From contig JALSSO010000081.1 in assembly GCA_026984215.1 (NCBI GenBank), positions 16,657-80,656 of the forward strand: a stretch of DNA of 64,000 bases, given 5' to 3'. Every line of letters begins with the position of its first letter. Position 1 is the first letter of the stretch. The position numbers and the translations under genes were made by a program. The stretch comes from Gammaproteobacteria bacterium. Its GTDB lineage: Bacteria > Pseudomonadota > Gammaproteobacteria > JAJDOJ01. Shown in pieces: positions 49,313-60,482 of the stretch. A model generated the notes under the pieces. That model saw only the letters and a list, made by a program, of their open reading frames with translations, searched no databases and had not been told where the DNA came from.

Positions 49313-49940
49313 CTATGGGCGCCCGTCCAGCCACGCGAGCAGGCGGTCGCGCTCCCCGCAACCCAGAACACCCTTCGGCGAAGCTGCCAGTGCCCTGAGC
49401 AAGCGGGCCATTTCATCCGGTGAGGACAACGAGGCGTGCGGTCCTTGGCGGGGATCCAGCATGGCGATCAGAAACGCCATCATACCCCGGTCCGAGGCCA
49501 ACCCCCGCTCATCCACCACCACCAGGCCGGCGTGCTGCTCCAGCACGGTCTGCACGAACATGCCGGGTGCCTGGCGCCCTCGCGTTCCAGCAACTGGAGC
49601 ATCATCGAGGGCGCAGCTCGGCGAGCGCGATTTGACGACCATACCGCGCAGATCCGGATAACGCTCCAGAAAGCGCCGGGCGGCCGCCCGCAGGGCCGCG
49701 GTGTGATCCCGGTGGGGAGGATTCACGCCGCGGACACGGACGCCACCGATGCCACCCACCAGTTCGATGGGCTCACGGGGTACACCCAACCCGATCTCCA
49801 CCTCGGGACAAACCGGAACCAAACGGAACAAATGCCGCAGCAACTCCAGCACCGGCCGGGCCGGCCGCGCCGTCGCGTCATAGCGCACGGGGTGCCCAAG
49901 GAGGCAGGCGCTCACGGCGATCGGAAGCGCAGCCCCCTGA
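49313..49940 (-). CDS. DUF523 (TudS-like) plus DUF1722 two-domain protein
   Basis: ...ALPIAVSACLLGHPVRYDATA...LVPVCPEVEIGLGVPREPIEL matches the DUF523 N-terminus, and the C-terminal half resembles DUF1722. The start is unresolved (no in-frame ATG near the conserved N-terminus). It must lie below about 49955 because a terminator hairpin for the upstream gene sits at 49957-49981. Confidence 0.55.
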
Positions 49941-49956
49941 GGCCGGCAACGCAAAG

Positions 49957-49981
49957 AGCCGGACCCCGAAGGTCCGGCTCC
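49957..49981 (-). terminator. Intrinsic terminator of the EGKCG-repeat peptide gene (10-bp stem GAGCCGGACC/GGTCCGGCTC, loop CCGAA, T-rich tail on the minus strand)
   Basis: Perfect 10-bp GC-rich hairpin 33 bp after the 50014 stop, followed on the coding strand by tctttgcgtt. Confidence 0.55.
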
Positions 49982-50013
49982 CGGTTTACCTCCAGACGTG
50001 GTCGGGACGGACG

Positions 50014-50361
50014 TTACTTCTTCATGCCGCCGCACTTGCCCTCGCCGCACTTGCCCTCACCCTTCTTGTCAGGCTTGGCTGCCTTGTCCATGTTGCCGCA
50101 TTTGCCCTCGCCTTTCTTGTCGGACTTGGCCCCCTTGTCCATGTTGCCGCATTTGCCCTCGGCATCCTTCATCTGTTTTTCCATCATGCCGCCGCACTTG
50201 CCCTCGCCATCCTTGCCGGCCACCATGTAACCATCGGCCAGACGCGTCATGCCGAAGGGGTTTTCCGTGGCGCCAGCACCACCCATGGCAAGGGTGGAGG
50301 CCAGCGCGATGCCGGCGGCGGTGACCGTGGCGGTCTTGGCACAGGTCTTCTTACTCATCAT
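50014..50361 (-). CDS. Small secreted Cys/Gly/Lys/Met-rich repeat protein: Sec signal peptide followed by five EGKCG motifs inside about 17-aa tandem repeats (KKGEGKCGNMDKAAKPD...)
   Basis: MMSKKTCAKTATVTAAGIALASTLAMGGAGA|TENPF...GEGKCGGMMEKQMKDAEGKCGNMDKGAKSDKKGEGKCGNMDKAAKPDKKGEGKCGEGKCGGMKK. The DNA contains near-perfect 51-bp tandem repeats. Strong RBS ggagagaggag. Its own terminator lies downstream. Confidence 0.65.
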   Translation of the reverse strand: MMSKKTCAKTATVTAAGIALASTLAMGGAGATENPFGMTRLADGYMVAGKDGEGKCGGMMEKQMKDAEGKCGNMDKGAKSDKKGEGKCGNMDKAAKPDKKGEGKCGEGKCGGMKK

Positions 50362-50392
50362 CGATCTCCTCTCTCCGAGTCTGTACTGCGCG

Positions 50393-50482
50393 AACAGGCC
50401 GTCGAAAAACGGTCGCGAAAGCCGGTCGCTGCGTCGTGTCTCCGCGCGCCGGGCGCTCGAAACACTCGCGACGTTTTCAACC
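50393..50482 (+). repeat. Short diverged member of the MITE/REP-like family: the termini are conserved and the central roughly 50 bp are deleted
   Basis: aggccgtCgaaaaacggTCgcgaaaGcc ... ctcgcgacgttttcaac aligns to both ends of the 144-bp element. Sits between the DUF302 gene and the EGKCG peptide gene. Confidence 0.5.
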
Positions 50483-50557
50483 GCCTTCCAAGGCGCCCCA
50501 TCTCGGGGCGCACAACCAGGGTACGCACCCAGGGGTTGGTTGGATGCATCCAGCGGC

Positions 50558-51037
50558 TCAGGGCCCGGCGGTGGCTTCGTCGATCGCCGCCACGATGGCG
50601 TCCTCCACCTCGGCCAGCACCTTCCCCGCGGGGCTGGATCCAGCCACCACGGTGGGACGGACGAACAATACCGTAGTCCGCCCTCCCCTGTGAATCACCG
50701 TGACGCGCTGGGGACACAGGGCCAGCATGTCCGGGTCCTCGTTGCCCACGCGGTTGGCGTACCATCCGTTGCAGACCACCAGCACGCGAATGGCTTCCAG
50801 CCCGTTGCGGTTGTAGTCCTCGCCCCATTGGTCCCGAAACCGAGCGATGTTCGCTCCGATGTCGGCCTCGAACACCACCCACATGCGATGCGCCTCGAGC
50901 GCCTCGTGCAGGGCTTCGTACACTTCGTCCACGGGGGCCTGCACGCTTTTCTTGTAAAGCACCCCCGCGGCGTGCGCGGTGCCCGCGCTCAGCAGAATCG
51001 TCACCCAGGCGACCCGCAGCATCCAATGTGGTTTCAT
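50558..51037 (-). CDS. DUF302-domain protein with an N-terminal signal peptide
   Basis: Internal start MKPHWMLRVAWVTILLSAGTAHAAGVLYKK (ATG at 51037). ...VFEADIGANIARF... fits DUF302. The upstream extension of the long ORF is an artefact. Confidence 0.65.
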   Translation of the reverse strand: MKPHWMLRVAWVTILLSAGTAHAAGVLYKKSVQAPVDEVYEALHEALEAHRMWVVFEADIGANIARFRDQWGEDYNRNGLEAIRVLVVCNGWYANRVGNEDPDMLALCPQRVTVIHRGGRTTVLFVRPTVVAGSSPAGKVLAEVEDAIVAAIDEATAGP

Positions 51038-51165
51038 TGCGGTTGCTCCCGATTCGGTCTCGGAGTTGGTTATCCTAGCAGGGCCTCCAACACAGCGAGA
51101 GGCCGCACGCAGGATGCACGCGGCCGGGACCGAGGCATGCACGGATATGCAGCGGCATCGGGTAA

Positions 51166-53084
<1,919 letters not shown>

Positions 53085-53094
53085 TCGAGCACCC

Positions 53095-53517
53095 TCAGCC
53101 CACCAGGAGTTTGACGAGGGCCACCACCAGCGCCCCGGTTCCCAGCGTGATGCTGACCGACCAGCGCATGAAGCGATCCATGCGACGGTTGAGTTCCAGC
53201 AGTTGGGTTTCGATGGATTCAAAACGCTTGTCCCCCTGCTCGAAGCGCTTGTCGATTTGCTCGAAACGCTTCTCCACCTGCTCGAAACGCTTGTCGATTT
53301 GTTCGAAACGCTTCTCCACCTGCTCGAAACGCTTCTCCATGAGCCGGAAGCCCTGTTCCATGAGCTCCCGCTGGTGCTTGAGCTCCTCCTCCACCCGCAC
53401 CAGGCGCTCACGCAGCTCGAGCTCGTAGACGGCTGGCGGCTTGCCCAGCGACTGCTCGGCCAACCACTCGCCCAGGTGCGCCTTGATGAATTCGATGTCT
53501 TCCCGGCTGAGCGCCAC
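53095..53517 (-). CDS. Tail-anchored coiled-coil protein with six tandem heptads ([M/V/I/G][E/D]KRFE[Q/S]) and a C-terminal TM helix
   Basis: GTG start at 53517. ...MEKRFEQVEKRFEQIDKRFEQVEKRFEQIDKRFEQGDKRFESIETQL...RWSVSITLGTGALVVALVKLLVG. The DNA shows 42-bp direct repeats at 53200-53340. Confidence 0.55.
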   Translation of the reverse strand: MALSREDIEFIKAHLGEWLAEQSLGKPPAVYELELRERLVRVEEELKHQRELMEQGFRLMEKRFEQVEKRFEQIDKRFEQVEKRFEQIDKRFEQGDKRFESIETQLLELNRRMDRFMRWSVSITLGTGALVVALVKLLVG

Positions 53518-53581
53518 GGCCTACCTCCCGACCTTTGGTTTCCCAATTATAGGGTTATCGGGCGACCGCCCTCGGCCCCCC

Positions 53582-54115
53582 TCATGCCCCGCTCCCATGA
53601 CGGTCTTTGAGTCGCACGTAATGGGCGGCGATGTACGCCATGTACTCGAGCTCACGATCCGTTAGCCGACGCGCGCGACGCGCGGGTTGACCCAGCCACA
53701 GCCAGCCGCCTTCGATGCGCCGGCCCGGCGGAACCAGGCAGCCCGCCCCGAGCATGGCCCGCGGCTCGATCACCGCCCGGTCCAACACCACGCTGTTGAC
53801 CCCGATGAAGGCACCGTCGCCCACGGTGCAGGCGTGGAGCACCGCCCGGTGCCCCACGGTCACCTCCGCGCCCACCGTCAGCGCGATCCCGCCGGGGTTA
53901 TAGGGGGAGTCGTGCGAGACGTGCAGCACGGCGCCGTCCTGGATGTTGCTCCGCGCCCCCACACGGATCTCCTGCACGTCGCCCCGTAATACGGCCTGCG
54001 GCCAGATGGACACATCGTCCTCCAGCACCACCCGTCCCACCACCACGGCGGAGGGATCCACATGCACCCTGCGGCCGAACCTCGGAGAGATCCCCTCGAA
54101 CGTCCGGATCGTCAT
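53582..54115 (-). CDS. Gamma-class carbonic anhydrase family protein (left-handed beta-helix; YrdA/PaaY-like)
   Basis: Hexapeptide repeats with zinc ligands (...AVLRGDVQEIRVGARSNIQDGAVLHV... HRAVLHACTVGDGAFIG). Confidence 0.8.
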   Translation of the reverse strand: MTIRTFEGISPRFGRRVHVDPSAVVVGRVVLEDDVSIWPQAVLRGDVQEIRVGARSNIQDGAVLHVSHDSPYNPGGIALTVGAEVTVGHRAVLHACTVGDGAFIGVNSVVLDRAVIEPRAMLGAGCLVPPGRRIEGGWLWLGQPARRARRLTDRELEYMAYIAAHYVRLKDRHGSGA

Positions 54116-54121
54116 GAGAGA

Positions 54122-55471
54122 TCACCGCATGGTCACCAACTCTTCGGCGCTGGTGGGATGAATGGCCACGGTGTCGTCCAAATCGCGCTTGGTCGCCCCC
54201 ATGCGCAAGGCCACGGCGAAACCCTGCAGCATCTCGTCCACCCCCGGCCCGATGAGATGACAGCCGACCACCCGTTCCCTGGGCCCCACACAGACCAGCT
54301 TCATGGCCGTACGCGGTTTGCGCTCGGTCAGTGCGTGGTACATGGAAACGAAGCGCGTTTGGTACACCTTCACCGCCGGACCGTGCCGCTCCCGCGCTTC
54401 GGTTTCGCTGAGTCCCACGGTTCCCAACGGCGGATGGGAAAACACCACCGTGGGAATCCACTCGTAGTCCAAATGCCGTTGCGGTTGGCCGCCGAACAGG
54501 CGGTCGGCCAAGCGCCTGGCGGCCGCGATGGCCACCGGGGTGAGCTGCACGCCGCCCGTGACGTCGCCCACCGCATAGATCCCCGCTACGTTGGTATTCT
54601 GATACCGGTCGGTGACGATCTCGCCGCCGGGTCCGGTCTCGATTCCAACCGCCTCCAGGCCGAGGCCTTCGGTATGGGGACGTCGCCCCGTGGCCCAGAT
54701 CACCGCGTCCAGGTCCTCCGTGACGTGACCATGACCGCAGACCAGCGTCCTGCGGCCGTCGGGCTGGAGTTCCACGTGATCCACGCGCGTACCCGGAAAC
54801 AGGTCGATCCCCTGGTCCAGCATGGCCTCCATGAGCCCGTCGCGAAGCATGCCGTCGAAACGGCGCAGGAGCTGCTCGCCGCGCAGGAACAGGCTGACCT
54901 CGCTACCCAGCGCATGGAGCACGCCGACCAGTTCGGCGGCGATATAACCCGCTCCCACCACGGCCACCCGGCGCGGCAGGGCCTCGAGCTCGAAAAAGCC
55001 GTCGGACGTGATGCCCAGTTCCGCGCCGGGTACTTCGGGCACTTGCGCACGACTCCCCGTGGCGACGACCACATGATCCGCTTCCAGACGCCGCCGACCG
55101 ACTTGCAGGACATGCGCCTCCAGAAACCGCGCCTTGCCCTCGATGAGATCCACCTCGGCGTCGGCCAGATAATTGCGGTACCAGCTGTTGATGCCGGCGA
55201 TGTAACGCTCGCGCCGCTCCACCAGCGCCGCCCAGTCGAAATCCTCCACGGAGATCGAGAATCCATAGCCACGGGCATCGTGCAGGGCGTGGGCGAACTG
55301 CGCCGCATACCACATGATCTTCTTGGGCACGCAACCCCGGTTCACGCAGGTCCCGCCCAGGCGCCCCGCCTCCACCACGGCACAGCGAGCCCCGTGGGCC
55401 GCCGCGCGCTCCACCACCGAAAGTCCGCCCGAGCCGGCGCCGATGGCGATCAGATCGTAGTGTTCTGGCAT
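54122..55471 (-). CDS. gor: Glutathione-disulfide reductase
   Basis: Internal start [16 protein letters not shown] (ATG at 55471). The redox-active [13 protein letters not shown] and the C-terminal [12 protein letters not shown] are typical of Gor. Confidence 0.85.
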   Translation of the reverse strand: MPEHYDLIAIGAGSGGLSVVERAAAHGARCAVVEAGRLGGTCVNRGCVPKKIMWYAAQFAHALHDARGYGFSISVEDFDWAALVERRERYIAGINSWYRNYLADAEVDLIEGKARFLEAHVLQVGRRRLEADHVVVATGSRAQVPEVPGAELGITSDGFFELEALPRRVAVVGAGYIAAELVGVLHALGSEVSLFLRGEQLLRRFDGMLRDGLMEAMLDQGIDLFPGTRVDHVELQPDGRRTLVCGHGHVTEDLDAVIWATGRRPHTEGLGLEAVGIETGPGGEIVTDRYQNTNVAGIYAVGDVTGGVQLTPVAIAAARRLADRLFGGQPQRHLDYEWIPTVVFSHPPLGTVGLSETEARERHGPAVKVYQTRFVSMYHALTERKPRTAMKLVCVGPRERVVGCHLIGPGVDEMLQGFAVALRMGATKRDLDDTVAIHPTSAEELVTMR

Positions 55472-55519
55472 ACTGGAAGGTTCGCGTAACGGTCCCGCCA
55501 TGCTGCAGTAAGCCCGGCC

Positions 55520-56422
55520 ATGCGTCAAACCCATGCCACCTCCCGCCCCGGCGCCACCCGTACCCTGCAAGAGCGGCTGCGAGCCTATGCGCAGCTCATC
55601 CGTCTGGACCGGCCCATCGGGATCTGGTTGCTGCTCTGGCCCACTTTGTGGGCCCTGTGGATCGCTTCGAAAGGCCACCCCGACCCCGAGGTCGTGGCCG
55701 TCTTCGTGGCCGGCGTGGTGCTCATGCGTTCGGCCGGCTGCGCCATCAACGACTTCGCGGACCGCCACGTCGATCCCCTGGTCACCAGGACCCGCGACCG
55801 CCCGCTGGCCCGCGGCGCCATCCGTCCGGCCGAGGCACTGGCGGTGTTCGCGGCCCTGAGCCTCACGGCCTTCCTGCTGGTGTTGCAACTCAACGCCCTG
55901 ACCGTGAAGCTGGCCGTGGGAGGCGTGGCGCTGGCGGCCAGCTACCCCTTCATGAAACGATTCCACCACCTGCCCCAGGTCCATCTGGGGGCCGCCTTCG
56001 GCTGGGCGGTGCCCATGGCCTTCGCGGCCCAGACCGGCACCCTCCCGCCTCCCGAAGGCTGGCTGTTGTTCCTGGCCACCGTGTTCTGGGCCACGGTCTA
56101 TGACACCTTTTATGCCATGGCCGACCGCGAGGACGACCTACGCGTGGGCGTGAAGAGCACGGCCATCCTGTTCGGCCGCCACGACCGACTGATGGTGGGC
56201 CTGCTGCAGCTCGCCCTGCTCGCCACCCTGGCCGCAGTGGGCCTGTTCGCCGGACTGGGCTGGCCGTATGCGGTCGCACTCGGCGCCGGCGCAGGGCTGA
56301 TGGGCTATCACCAGTGGCTGGCGCGCAACCGGGATCCGGGGGGCTGCTTCCGTGCCTTCCTGCACAACAACTGGTTCGGACTGGTGATCTTCGCCGGCAT
56401 CGCCGCCTCCTACGCCTTGTGA
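55520..56422 (+). CDS. ubiA: 4-hydroxybenzoate octaprenyltransferase
   Basis: ...[21 protein letters not shown]... and the Asp-rich motif ...[12 protein letters not shown]... place it in the UbiA prenyltransferase family. Confidence 0.85.
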   Translation: MRQTHATSRPGATRTLQERLRAYAQLIRLDRPIGIWLLLWPTLWALWIASKGHPDPEVVAVFVAGVVLMRSAGCAINDFADRHVDPLVTRTRDRPLARGAIRPAEALAVFAALSLTAFLLVLQLNALTVKLAVGGVALAASYPFMKRFHHLPQVHLGAAFGWAVPMAFAAQTGTLPPPEGWLLFLATVFWATVYDTFYAMADREDDLRVGVKSTAILFGRHDRLMVGLLQLALLATLAAVGLFAGLGWPYAVALGAGAGLMGYHQWLARNRDPGGCFRAFLHNNWFGLVIFAGIAASYAL

Positions 56423-57139
56423 GGTCGGGTGCGGGCCACGGCCCATAGATCCACGCGAGCGGCCCCAGCGCGACGCAGGACACGGGCCAGTTCGGCCGTG
56501 GTGGCGCCCGTGGTCACCACGTCGTCCAACACGGCCACGTGCATGCCCGCAAAATCGCCCCGCGCGGCGAAGGCCCCGCGCACGTTGCGCCGGCGCGTGC
56601 GCAGATCGGCGCCCACCTGGGCGGGCGTGGCCCGCACCCGCCGCACGCCACGGCAGTCCAGGTCCACACCCAGACGTCGGCGCAGCGCCCGGCCGATCTC
56701 TACCGCCTGATTGAATCCGCGCGTGCGCAGTCGCTCGCGATGCAGCGGCACCGGAACCACGCACCGGGGCAGTGCCCCGGCCTCCTCCAGACGCCCCGCC
56801 AGCAACGCGCCGAGCAGGGGCACCAGGGAGAGGCGTGCGTGGAACTTGAGATCCTGGATCCAACGGTCCACGGGAGGCGCGTACATCAGGGGAATCACCG
56901 CCGTATCGAAGGGCGGCGGCCGGCGCAGGCAGGCGCCGCACACGCCGACCCCGGAGGCGGGCAGCGGGAGGCCGCAACGCCGGCAGCCGACGTCGATCCA
57001 GGGCAGGTCGGCGCGACAGCCCGCGCACAGATCCAGCCCTCCCTCGCCCGGCGCCCCGCACCCCACGCAGACCGGCGGCCAGGCCAGCGCGGTCAGCCCC
57101 TTTGCAAGCCGGGCCAGATGGCCGATCATTGACTGCCCG
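56410..57139 (-). CDS. comF: ComF-family protein (phosphoribosyltransferase domain with an N-terminal Cys4 zinc finger)
   Basis: Internal start MIGHLARL...WPPVCVGCG...CAGCRADL (ATG at 57139). The C-terminal PRTase motif is [16 protein letters not shown]. Divergent from bioB. Confidence 0.7.
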
Positions 57140-57162
57140 CAGCGAAGCACGGCCCCTCCCCC

Positions 57163-58137
57163 ATGGATACCGACCCGATCCGACACGACTGGACCCGCGA
57201 GGAAATTCTGGACCTGCTCGCCCTGCCCTTCAACGACCTGCTCTACCGGGCGCAGACGGTCCATCGGCGCTTCCACGAACCGAACACGGTGCAAGCCAGC
57301 ACCCTGCTTTCCATCAAGACCGGGGGCTGCCCCGAAGACTGCGCCTACTGCCCGCAGAGCGTGCATCACGACGTGCCCCTGCAGCGCGAGCGACTGCTCC
57401 AACCCGCCGAGGTGCGGCAGGCCGCCCGCCGAGCGCGCCAGGCCGGCGGAGAACGCTTCTGCATGGGGGCGGCCTGGCGTCAGCCCAGCGACCGGCAGCT
57501 CGAGCACGTGCTGGAGATGATCCGGGTGGTGAAGGAGGAAGGTTTGGAGACCTGCGTCACGCTGGGCATGCTCACCGAGACCCAGGCCCGGCGGCTCGCG
57601 GCGGCCGGTCTGGATTATTACAACCACAACCTGGACACCGCGCCCGAGTTCTACGGCTCCATCATCACCACCCGCCAGTACGAGGACCGTCTGCGGACCC
57701 TGGAGCACGTGCGCCGGGCGGGAATCAAGGTCTGCTGCGGCGGAATCCTGGGCCTGGGCGAGGATCGTTCGGTACGCGCCGGGCTGCTCGCGCAGCTCGC
57801 CACCCTGCCCGAGCATCCCCACTCGGTGCCCATCAATCTACTGGTGCAGGTGGAGGGTACGCCGCTGCACGGCACCCCACGGCTCGACCCGCTGGAATTC
57901 GTGCGCACGGTGGCTGCCGCGCGCATCCTCATGCCACGGGCGCAGGTGCGCCTGTCGGCCGGGCGCGAACAGATGAGCGACGAGTTGCAGGCCCTGTGCT
58001 TCCTAGCCGGGGCCAACTCCGTGTTCTACGGAGAGCGCCTGCTCACCCAGGCCAACCCGGCCGAGGACCGCGACCGGGCGTTGTTCGAACGGCTGGGCCT
58101 GCGGGTGGGCCGCCTGGATACCGGCCTCAACGCCTGA
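57163..58137 (+). CDS. bioB: Biotin synthase (radical SAM)
   Basis: ...[19 protein letters not shown]... is the CxxxCxxC radical-SAM motif, and the C-terminal cluster ...CVTLGML... fits BioB. Confidence 0.9.
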   Translation: MDTDPIRHDWTREEILDLLALPFNDLLYRAQTVHRRFHEPNTVQASTLLSIKTGGCPEDCAYCPQSVHHDVPLQRERLLQPAEVRQAARRARQAGGERFCMGAAWRQPSDRQLEHVLEMIRVVKEEGLETCVTLGMLTETQARRLAAAGLDYYNHNLDTAPEFYGSIITTRQYEDRLRTLEHVRRAGIKVCCGGILGLGEDRSVRAGLLAQLATLPEHPHSVPINLLVQVEGTPLHGTPRLDPLEFVRTVAAARILMPRAQVRLSAGREQMSDELQALCFLAGANSVFYGERLLTQANPAEDRDRALFERLGLRVGRLDTGLNA

Positions 58138-58435
58138 CCGCGTCGAGGCTCACCACCGGCTCGTCGCCCACCACTTCGGCGCTGTGCACGGCCCCGGCAG
58201 GCACATGCAACATGTCCCCCGCTTCCAGCACCACCGTCCGGCCGCCCATGGTCATCCGGAATCTGCCGGACAACACCCCGTCGATCTTGTCCACCGCATG
58301 CGTGTGATCCGGGAAGAACGTGCCCGGCGGGTAGACATACCGGGTCACGACGTAGCCCAGGGATTCCAGGCGGCGGCGCATGGCCGACTCGGTGAGGGGA
58401 CCGTCGCGTTGTTCGTCCCAGTGATCGAGCCGCAT
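58127..58435 (-). CDS. Small cupin-domain protein
   Basis: Internal start MRLDHWDEQ... (ATG at 58435). ...[50 protein letters not shown] is a cupin 2 conserved barrel. Confidence 0.55.
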   Translation of the reverse strand: MRLDHWDEQRDGPLTESAMRRRLESLGYVVTRYVYPPGTFFPDHTHAVDKIDGVLSGRFRMTMGGRTVVLEAGDMLHVPAGAVHSAEVVGDEPVVSLDAVRR

Positions 58436-58515
58436 GGATCGTCCTCCTTCGCTGACATGGCCCAGCCATGGGAGTGTAGCGCAGCGGCCGGTGTCCTCCG
58501 GAGCCTGGCGAGGCG

Positions 58516-59184
58516 GTGAACCGGACTGGATCACCCGGCCTGTTCGTGACCGGCACCGACACCGGCGTAGGCAAGACCTGGGTGGCGGCGGCCTTGGCGC
58601 GCGTCCTGCATCGGCGCGGAATGCGCGTCCGCGCCCGCAAGCCGGTGGAAAGCGGCTGGACGCAGGCCGCCGCCAGCGACGCCGCACAACTGCGGGAGGC
58701 GGCGGGGGCTTGGGAAGCCTTGGATCGGGTCTGTCGTTGGCGGTTCCCCGAACCGGTCTCGCCGGCATTGGCCTCTCGGCGCAGCGCTGCGGGCCTGACC
58801 GTCTCGCGGCTCGCCGAGACCTGTCTGGCGGGGGAAGGCGGGTTCGTCCTGGTGGAAGGGGCGGGCGGTTTCCTGTCCCCCATCGCCGAAGATGGCCTGA
58901 ACGCGGACCTGGCCCTGGTGCTGGGTTTCCCGGTCTTGGTGGTGGCGGCCGACCGCCTGGGCGCGGTGAACCACACCCTGCTCACCCTGGAAGCCGTGCG
59001 GCGCCGCAGGCTGCACGTGGCCGGGGTGGTGCTCAATGCGGTCCAACCCGAAGCCGGCCGCCTCGAGAACGCCGCCGAGATCCACCGGCTGGCTGGGCTG
59101 GCCGTGGCGTCGATCCCCCACGGCGGCGATCCCTCACACGCGCTTGTGCCCTGGCTGGACACCCTCTGCCCGCGCGTGCGCTGA
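58516..59184 (+). CDS. bioD: ATP-dependent dethiobiotin synthetase
   Basis: ...GLFVTGTDTGVGKTWVAAALA..., ...VLVEGAGG... and P-loop are BioD motifs. Confidence 0.8.
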   Translation: MNRTGSPGLFVTGTDTGVGKTWVAAALARVLHRRGMRVRARKPVESGWTQAAASDAAQLREAAGAWEALDRVCRWRFPEPVSPALASRRSAAGLTVSRLAETCLAGEGGFVLVEGAGGFLSPIAEDGLNADLALVLGFPVLVVAADRLGAVNHTLLTLEAVRRRRLHVAGVVLNAVQPEAGRLENAAEIHRLAGLAVASIPHGGDPSHALVPWLDTLCPRVR

Positions 59185-59276
59185 CGGGAGAATCGGGTGT
59201 GCCCAGCGGGAAATGGGCCCGGCCCCCGCGCATGTCTCGCCGCCGAGCCGCTCCCACGCCGGTGAACACCGTGCCC

Positions 59277-59306
59277 ACGAAAAAGGCGGCCCGGAGGCCG
59301 CCTTCC
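59277..59306 (-). terminator. Intrinsic terminator for fba (9-bp stem AAGGCGGCC/GGCCGCCTT, loop CGGA, with a T5 tract on the minus strand). May also serve bioD
   Basis: Perfect hairpin with a flanking A-run on plus and T-run on minus, in the convergent bioD/fba gap. Confidence 0.55.
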
Positions 59307-59333
59307 TCGGGACGCCGAAAGGAACCGCCCCGA

Positions 59334-60398
59334 TCAGTTCACCTTCGGATCCAGCTCGCCGCTGGCATAGCGCTTGACCATGGTCTCCAGATCGATCGGC
59401 TTGATCTTGGAGGCATTGCCCGCGGTGCCGAAGGCCTCGTAACGGGCCTTGCAGATCTCCTTCATGGCGTCTTTGGATGCCTTGAGATACTTGCGCGGAT
59501 CGAAGTTCTTGGGATTCTCGGCCAGGTGCCGGCGGATGGCGCCCGTGGAGGCCAGGCGCAGATCGGTGTCGATATTGACCTTGCGCACGCCGTGCTTGAT
59601 GCCCTCCTGGATCTCCTCCACCGGCACACCGTAGGTCTCGCCGATGTCGCCGCCGTATTCGTGGATGATCGCCAGCCAGTCCTGGGGCACGGAGGAGGAG
59701 CCGTGCATCACGAGATGCGTGTCCGGAATCCTGGCATGGATCTCCTTGACCCGTTCGATGGCCAGGATGTCGCCCGTGGGCGGGCGGGTGAACTTGTATG
59801 CGCCGTGGGAGGTCCCGATGGCGATGGCCAGGGCATCCACCCCGGTCTTTCTGACGAAGTCGGCGGCCTGGTCGGGATCGGTGAGCAGCTGATCCATACT
59901 GAGCTTGCCCTCGGCCCCGGAACCGTCCTCTTCGCCCGCCATGCCGGTCTCCAGCGAACCCAGGCAGCCCAGCTCGCCTTCCACCGAGACGCCGCCGGCA
60001 TGGGCCATCTCGCAGACCTTGCGCGTGACCTCCACGTTGTAGTCGTAGGTGGAGGGCGTCTTCATGTCGGGCATGAGGGATCCGTCCATCATCACCGAGG
60101 TGAAACCGAGCTGGATGGAGCGCAGGCACACGCCTGGATCGGCGCCGTGGTCTTGGTGCACCACGATGGGAATGTCCGGCCACTGCTCCGCGGCCGCCTG
60201 CATGAGATGGCGCAGGAAGGGGGCGCCCGCGTAGGCGCGGGCCCCGGCCGAGGCCTGCATGATGACCGGGCTGTCGGTCTCGGCGGCGGCTTCCATGATG
60301 GCGTGAACCTGTTCCAGGTTGTTCACGTTGAAGGCCGGCACGCCATAATCGTGTTCGGCTGCATGGTCCAGCAACTGTCGTAGCGTGATCAGGGCCAT
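59334..60398 (-). CDS. fba: Class II fructose-1,6-bisphosphate aldolase (Calvin-cycle/glycolytic CbbA/FbaA type)
   Basis: 354 aa. ...[11 protein letters not shown]...HQDHG...GTSHGAYKF...MHGSSSVP... are class II FBA motifs. Confidence 0.9.
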   Translation of the reverse strand: MALITLRQLLDHAAEHDYGVPAFNVNNLEQVHAIMEAAAETDSPVIMQASAGARAYAGAPFLRHLMQAAAEQWPDIPIVVHQDHGADPGVCLRSIQLGFTSVMMDGSLMPDMKTPSTYDYNVEVTRKVCEMAHAGGVSVEGELGCLGSLETGMAGEEDGSGAEGKLSMDQLLTDPDQAADFVRKTGVDALAIAIGTSHGAYKFTRPPTGDILAIERVKEIHARIPDTHLVMHGSSSVPQDWLAIIHEYGGDIGETYGVPVEEIQEGIKHGVRKVNIDTDLRLASTGAIRRHLAENPKNFDPRKYLKASKDAMKEICKARYEAFGTAGNASKIKPIDLETMVKRYASGELDPKVN

Positions 60399-60482
60399 GG
60401 TGTTCTCCTCTTCTGGTTGAGCTGGAAACGGTGGTGCCCGCTCCGCCCTGCCGGGCGGGGCGCGACACCGACGCGGGGACGA

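Noticed and set aside
50030-50230. Tandem direct repeats here (and at 53200-53340) considered as a possible CRISPR array.
   Set aside because: The repeats are in-frame coding repeats (EGKCG units and KRFEQ heptads). The units are contiguous with no unique spacers and no cas genes are present.
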